A DNA stretch of 64,000 nucleotides from Pseudovirgaria hyperparasitica (lineage: Eukaryota): assembly GCA_010093815.1 (NCBI GenBank), contig ML996571.1; one strand, given 5' to 3'. The position numbers and the translations under genes were made by a program. Under the pieces are notes generated by a model, which was not told the origin of the DNA, did no database searches, and saw only the letters and a program-made list of their open reading frames with translations. Positions within the stretch are counted from its first letter, which is position 1. Every line of letters begins with the position of its first letter. Below, in pieces: positions 59,177-64,000 of this stretch.

Positions 59177-60690
59177 GTCTACGTGGATCCCGCTCTAGCT
59201 ATGAACACCGCTCAGCATTGTCGAGTGTCGGTCACGAATTGCATGTATTGTGGCATCAGCCTGCATTTCACGCACGTATAAGTTCGAGCACGACCCTGAG
59301 CCGTTATCCATACGATTCTCTGATCACAACTGAAACGAAAGACTTGTCTGAACAGAAGGAGAATCAAGTCGAATAACAGGCACGAACAGTATATACATTT
59401 CCAAACTACGCGTTTGCAACAGAGCTTCAAGGTGGTATGTCTATGAATAGACAGACCGTCACGTAGGTATGCATTACAAGATTGCCGACGACCAGGACAT
59501 AACGGCACAAGGTATGTACACTGATTCACATTGCAGTCCAGGAGTGCTTAAGACGGTAATTGCCGTGGCCATGAAGGGGGAGGTCCCGAAGTGAAATGAG
59601 CGAATGCAGAATCGTACAAGAGTGGGACCATGCACGAGGGAAGTGAGACTTGACGGGCCGAACCCTCCACAGTAAAGAAATTACCCCAGATTTTCGCTTC
59701 GGACAGGTCGCGACTCAGCCGAGAGCAAGCTACAGTACTAGCTACCTTGGTGCGCCACCCGCCGCATAGACATCGGATGATGTTACTCTCAACTAAGTCC
59801 TGCATGTACGTGTTGCAGCGGCTTGAACACTACCTAATTGACGGCTCGAGGACATTTGGTCATCTACGGCAACAATGCAGACATGGCAGGCCTATGCTAA
59901 GGTATGTTGGTTGATGGTGGACTGATTGGAAATGCAGAATTTATTGTTCTCATACTGCAACGTCTAGTGAACTTGAGTGGTAGCTGGCATGCCCTGGTTA
60001 TGAAAGTACATCAAGCTCTTCTTGTGCGGATTGTCATTTGTCCGCAGTACAGGAAAGGAGGTACCGTTCTCATCGAATCGAGATCCCAAACCCGGCTCGC
60101 CGATGTGGGCTCAGTGGTGCAAGCGACTTAGAGATGGGGAAGAAGTTGTTCCGAGCAAGGATTGCATTCCACCATACATCTCAAGCTAAACCAACTAAGC
60201 AAAGGCAGAGAACGCCACTGTGTGTCTGAAGCACCCGTGGTGCATCGAACGGTAGCCGGCAATAATGTGTTGAGTACGGACGCACATGGCTAAATACACA
60301 CACGTGGTGAAGAATAAATAAATTATCAGTCGTCGGACAATATTATAACTTACAGCCAGGCGTACCTGTTTGACGAATGGCCCGATGAACCAGGTATTAT
60401 CTACGCTGGGGCGGGCTGTCAGTATTGAGATTTGGCTACCTGGCAGGCGGCATAGACGATAGCCCAAGGGTAACCAACAATGATTACATAGGTATGGGTT
60501 TCAGTACAGTACAGTGTATACAGCTCAGTAGCAGGTAGGGGATACCTGGGCAGGTAGGTAAAATGGTGCGAGGTGCCGCCAACTGGGTGGGCTGATGGCG
60601 CGGGGCTAATGGTTCACGCTTCACGCTTCACGGTTGACCAGCGCTGCCACCGCGGCGACCCTCCCCCGCATTCGTCATGTAAGTTCGCGC

Positions 60691-60745
60691 GGGCTGGCTG
60701 GCTGGCTGGCTGGCTACTGGCTGGCTACTGGCTAGCCACTGGCTG
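60691..60745. repeat. (GGCT)n / GGCTACT degenerate tandem repeat
   Basis: Seen directly. Confidence 0.75.
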
Positions 60746-60969
60746 TTACATAGGTTGACCCCATTTAGCGTCTACCTACCGCGGACGGTATGTGTCAGCG
60801 GGCCACACTTCTAAAACTCAAAAGTCAGAAGTCAGAAGTCTCTGTAGCCATTTTCTATAGAAGTCCCTCCTAGACCTAATAGTATTAATTAGGTAAAGTT
60901 ATTAGCTTAAGATTTCTATAGGATTTAAGTGTAGATTTCTTTGATTTCTACTACTATACATTTATAATA

Positions 60970-61865
60970 TAACCTTTATATATCGTACGACACCTATCTC
61001 CCCAGAAATCCATGCTAACTAGTTCTTTCCTAAGATTATATAATACGTTTTACGCTAGGAGGGCTGCTAAGGCTACCTACTGCACGCTTACTAGCTAAAG
61101 ATGGGCGGGGCTATGGTGGACCATTAGGGAAACGGCGCGTAAACTCGTCGTACGAGAGATCCTTTACATCCTTAATCTTATAATTCTTACTATAGCGGGT
61201 AGTTGCTTCGGCATGTACGTAGTTAGAGCAGGCATTATTAAAGTAGCTGTATAGACTAATATAGCCTGCGTACGTCTTGAATTTATTCATGCTATTATAG
61301 GCACGAATACACCTATCGCATGGTATAGTATTCTTAAACCCTAGGTTTAATATTAGTATATATACGATAACTAATTCTAAAGAAGGTATTACTAACCGCG
61401 AGAGTGGATAATAAAGGCCTTTATATATAAAGCCCGCTATAATAAGAGAGCCTTAGCCTTAAGGGTACCGCGGCGTACAATAACTGGAGTGAGGGTGCTA
61501 TTATATATAGCGCGATTCTCCCATGTTCGAATAGGCTAATTAGTAGCTTATATAATGATTAGGTTCTATACTAAAGTTAGTATTAAAGATCTATAGTTAG
61601 AATAGCTAGTACGAATACTAAAGGCAAAGATCTCTAATAGCTTATTAGCTATAATAGGGTTATAGAAGAATACCTACTCGTATGTAGTGGGTGTAGGCGA
61701 TCTAATAAGGCTAAAGGTAGGAGCTTGGCCTACATGAAGACTAGGGTTAGGATCGGTGGCGCCGGGTGGGGTTTTAAGGATCTTATCCGCCTATTTAGTA
61801 AAGATCTAGCGATACTAGACATGAGAGGTAATGCCTAGAGGGCTAGAGAAAGAATTTAAAGCCAT
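60970..61865 (-). pseudogene. RIP-mutated DUF3716-like Cys-rich gene; intron 61396-61341
   Basis: From ATG 61865 one frame continues to RALYIKAFIIHSR|GFKNTIPCDRC...YAGYISLYSYFNNACSNYVHAEATTRYS. Reversing G>A changes gives CxxC..C..ACSNC..CS. Intron GTTAGT..CTAAT..CTAG. The 3' end is approximate. Confidence 0.65.
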
Positions 61866-62149
61866 AATAGCTTCGTACGAGGTGTTAAGAGAGAATTTTA
61901 AAGTTTTAGAGGTGAGGTTAAAGGTATTAAAGATAAGGCTAAAGTAGAGCTTAGGTAGAATTAAATGTGGGAGCCTGGCCCCGCACTAGGCCTAGTCTAG
62001 CACTAGTATATATTATATTATATGACTTTAAGCCCCTCGTACGAAAGAAAAACTTTGAAATTTCAGAGTATACTAGGATATCTACTTTGCTATTCTCTTC
62101 TATACGAGGAGTAATAGCTCCTAAATCTATATAATTAGTTGGCTTTCTC

Positions 62150-63300
62150 TACTAAGACTCTTTTCCTTTCCCTTTTAACCTTATTATCATCCCTATAGAT
62201 TAATTCTAGGTAATATTATCCTCTTTATCACTCTCTCTACCTTCCTTCTTAATAGATGATTGTCGTATAGAGGTTTTAGCTTCCACTATAGATGTTAGCT
62301 ATATAGAAAGACTAGAAGAACTAGGTAGTATAGGGGGAGAGCCTTTAGTACTACTCGTACGAGTAAGATCTAATATATAAAGTTTCTCTTTTAGAGAGGG
62401 GTAAGAAGGCTCATTCTTAATATCCTTAGGCGTCTCTAACTTAAGCTCTTTCTTGATTTTTATTTTTAGCGTACGAGACTCTCCTTTAGTTTTAACCTTT
62501 ATATAACTTCTCTTAGATACTACCTTCCGGATAAGACGCTGGATTTCCGGGTCTTAAATTAGATCCTAGAAGGGATCCTTATCCTAGATTATTTTGGTCC
62601 TTAGCCTCTTTCGTACGGATAGTGCTAGGCTCTTAATCTTATTCTCTACTACCTCTAATACCTATCTATATATATAGACCTGGATTAGCTTCTTTATAGT
62701 ACCCTCTCCCTTAAAAAGCTTACTATATACGAAGAACTTATCCACTATATACTTCTTGTACATGGAATTTAGAAGGTTAGTTAGTTTATTCTACTAGCCC
62801 TTAATACTAGTAGAGATATATAGAGAATCTGTGGCCTTAAACTCATTTAGCCATAGAGATACTCTAAACTCCTACAGAAGTATATCTTATACGAAGCTTA
62901 TAATATCTTAGAAATAGGTATTAACTACCGGGATTATTATAGCTTCTATTAAGTAAATAAGTATATAAAATAAGAGAGGGGAGAGAGAGTTAACCACGTA
63001 CGACCATAGCCTATCATTCTTAGAACTATTCCTTCCTTTATACATGTAGTAACATAGTAGTATATAGAAAGGAATATCTTGCTATCCCTCTTCTTCTTTC
63101 TACTATGAGATATAGTCGTACGATATATAGATGCTTGTCTTTCCTATTTAATAAGCGGGATGTTTCCTCTCGTACGAGCAATTACCTATACGGTATCTAC
63201 TCTAGCCGGTGGCTATAGTATAAGAAGATATTAAGTTTATACCTTAGGAATAATAATTACTAGCTAGCTTAGAGGAGGTATACTCGTACGAAGAGTAAGG
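62150..63300 (-). pseudogene. Second RIP-mutated ORF of unknown family
   Basis: Protein-like frame DIISFV*DILL*EFRVSLWLNEFKATDSLYISTSIKG**NKLTNLLNSMYKKYIVDKFF and a possible GTACGT donor near 63000. Boundaries uncertain. Confidence 0.35.
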
Positions 63301-63599
63301 GATTAAGTATTTAGTATATATAATCTTAGATAAGGTAAGGGAGATCTAATTAGAGATGAAGTAAGATTAATAATCTCTATATTAATAACGAGGGTTTACT
63401 AGTAATCTAGATAGGTAGCCACTTCGTACGAAGAGTGGTACATCCTAGTTTTAGGGTAGTAGTTATAGAAAGCATTTAATACTAGCATAGCTATTTAAGA
63501 TAAGAGTGGAAAGGTTTTTATATAAGGAGAATATTAGAAAAGAGAGATAGGGCTATAAGTTATAGAATAACTAAAGTACTCCCGTACGACGCTACTTCC

Positions 63600-64000
63600 T
63601 AGATTATCCTTTATCTACCCTATTATTATTAAGATTAGACGCCTTAACATTCTTAAGAGGGGTTCCCTATATAGTCTATTAGTACACCGCTCTTTATTCT
63701 CGTACGGAAGAATAATACTTATAAACTAATTAGGATCTAGATATGGATGTACTAGAACTTCTAGCCGAGGGGCTATTCTAGTATAGATATGGTCCTAAAT
63801 CCTACGGCGTAGCTGAACATAGATATCTATAAATAGACTTCTCCGTTCTTTAGCCGTATGAAGCGGTGTACCTCTATTAAAGCTAAGATCTTCGAGCTGG
63901 TTCGTATACCATAGTAGTATATTAGATAGTAGATATACATCTATATCCTAAGCTCCTGCCTAGCCTCGGATAGTAGTAAGAGCCTCTTGATTAATAGGTA
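63600..64000 (-). pseudogene. RIP-mutated C-terminus resembling fungal Clr5/integrase-core transposase-like proteins
   Basis: PINQEALTTIRG*AGA*DIDVYLLSNILLWYTNQLEDLSF...FIDIYVQLRRRI*DHI resembles, from memory, the WDxDxYLP..TLxWC..QL..LGF...YxxLR tail of that family. The catalytic core would lie outside the window. Confidence 0.4.

Larger units (their letters stand above)
60850..64000 (-). mobile_element. RIP-inactivated multi-gene repeat, probably a DNA transposon (runs off the window end)
   Basis: Abrupt shift to AT-rich, TpA-rich, CpA/TpG-poor DNA. Minus-strand reading frames broken by TAG/TAA stops. 15 CGTACG palindromes. Confidence 0.8.

Noticed and set aside
1..64000. Secondary-metabolite cluster, CRISPR array, rRNA or Starship captain
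   Set aside because: No PKS/NRPS/terpene backbone, repeat-spacer array, rRNA sequence or recognisable tyrosine-recombinase motif was seen.

Overview
Intron-containing, gene-dense DNA from a filamentous ascomycete (Pezizomycotina; Eurotiomycete-like by protein style, which is an inference). About 17 apparently intact genes: EamA/DMT transporter, acyl-CoA synthetase, AmdX/Adr1-type C2H2 factor, SIM-RING ligase, MIP1, Mbp1/Res-type APSES factor, a WetA-family regulator, Med1, a small Cys/His protein, a PNUTS-like PP1 regulator, SLY1, Btz/CASC3, Nbr1, a HAD hydrolase, a Zn2Cys6 factor, CDC14 and a SET methyltransferase. Also present: a candidate small gene divergent from the WetA-family gene, a decayed 4-coumarate-CoA-ligase-like pseudogene, and several short AT-rich islands with a RIP signature. 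The last 3.1 kb is a RIP-inactivated, multi-gene, probably mobile element. It carries an intron-containing DUF3716-like Cys-rich gene, a possible transposase C-terminus and 15 copies of the palindrome CGTACG. Most notable: that element, and six AbaA-type CATTCY sites clustered upstream of the WetA-family gene. All gene models and family calls were read by eye; no database searches were run.
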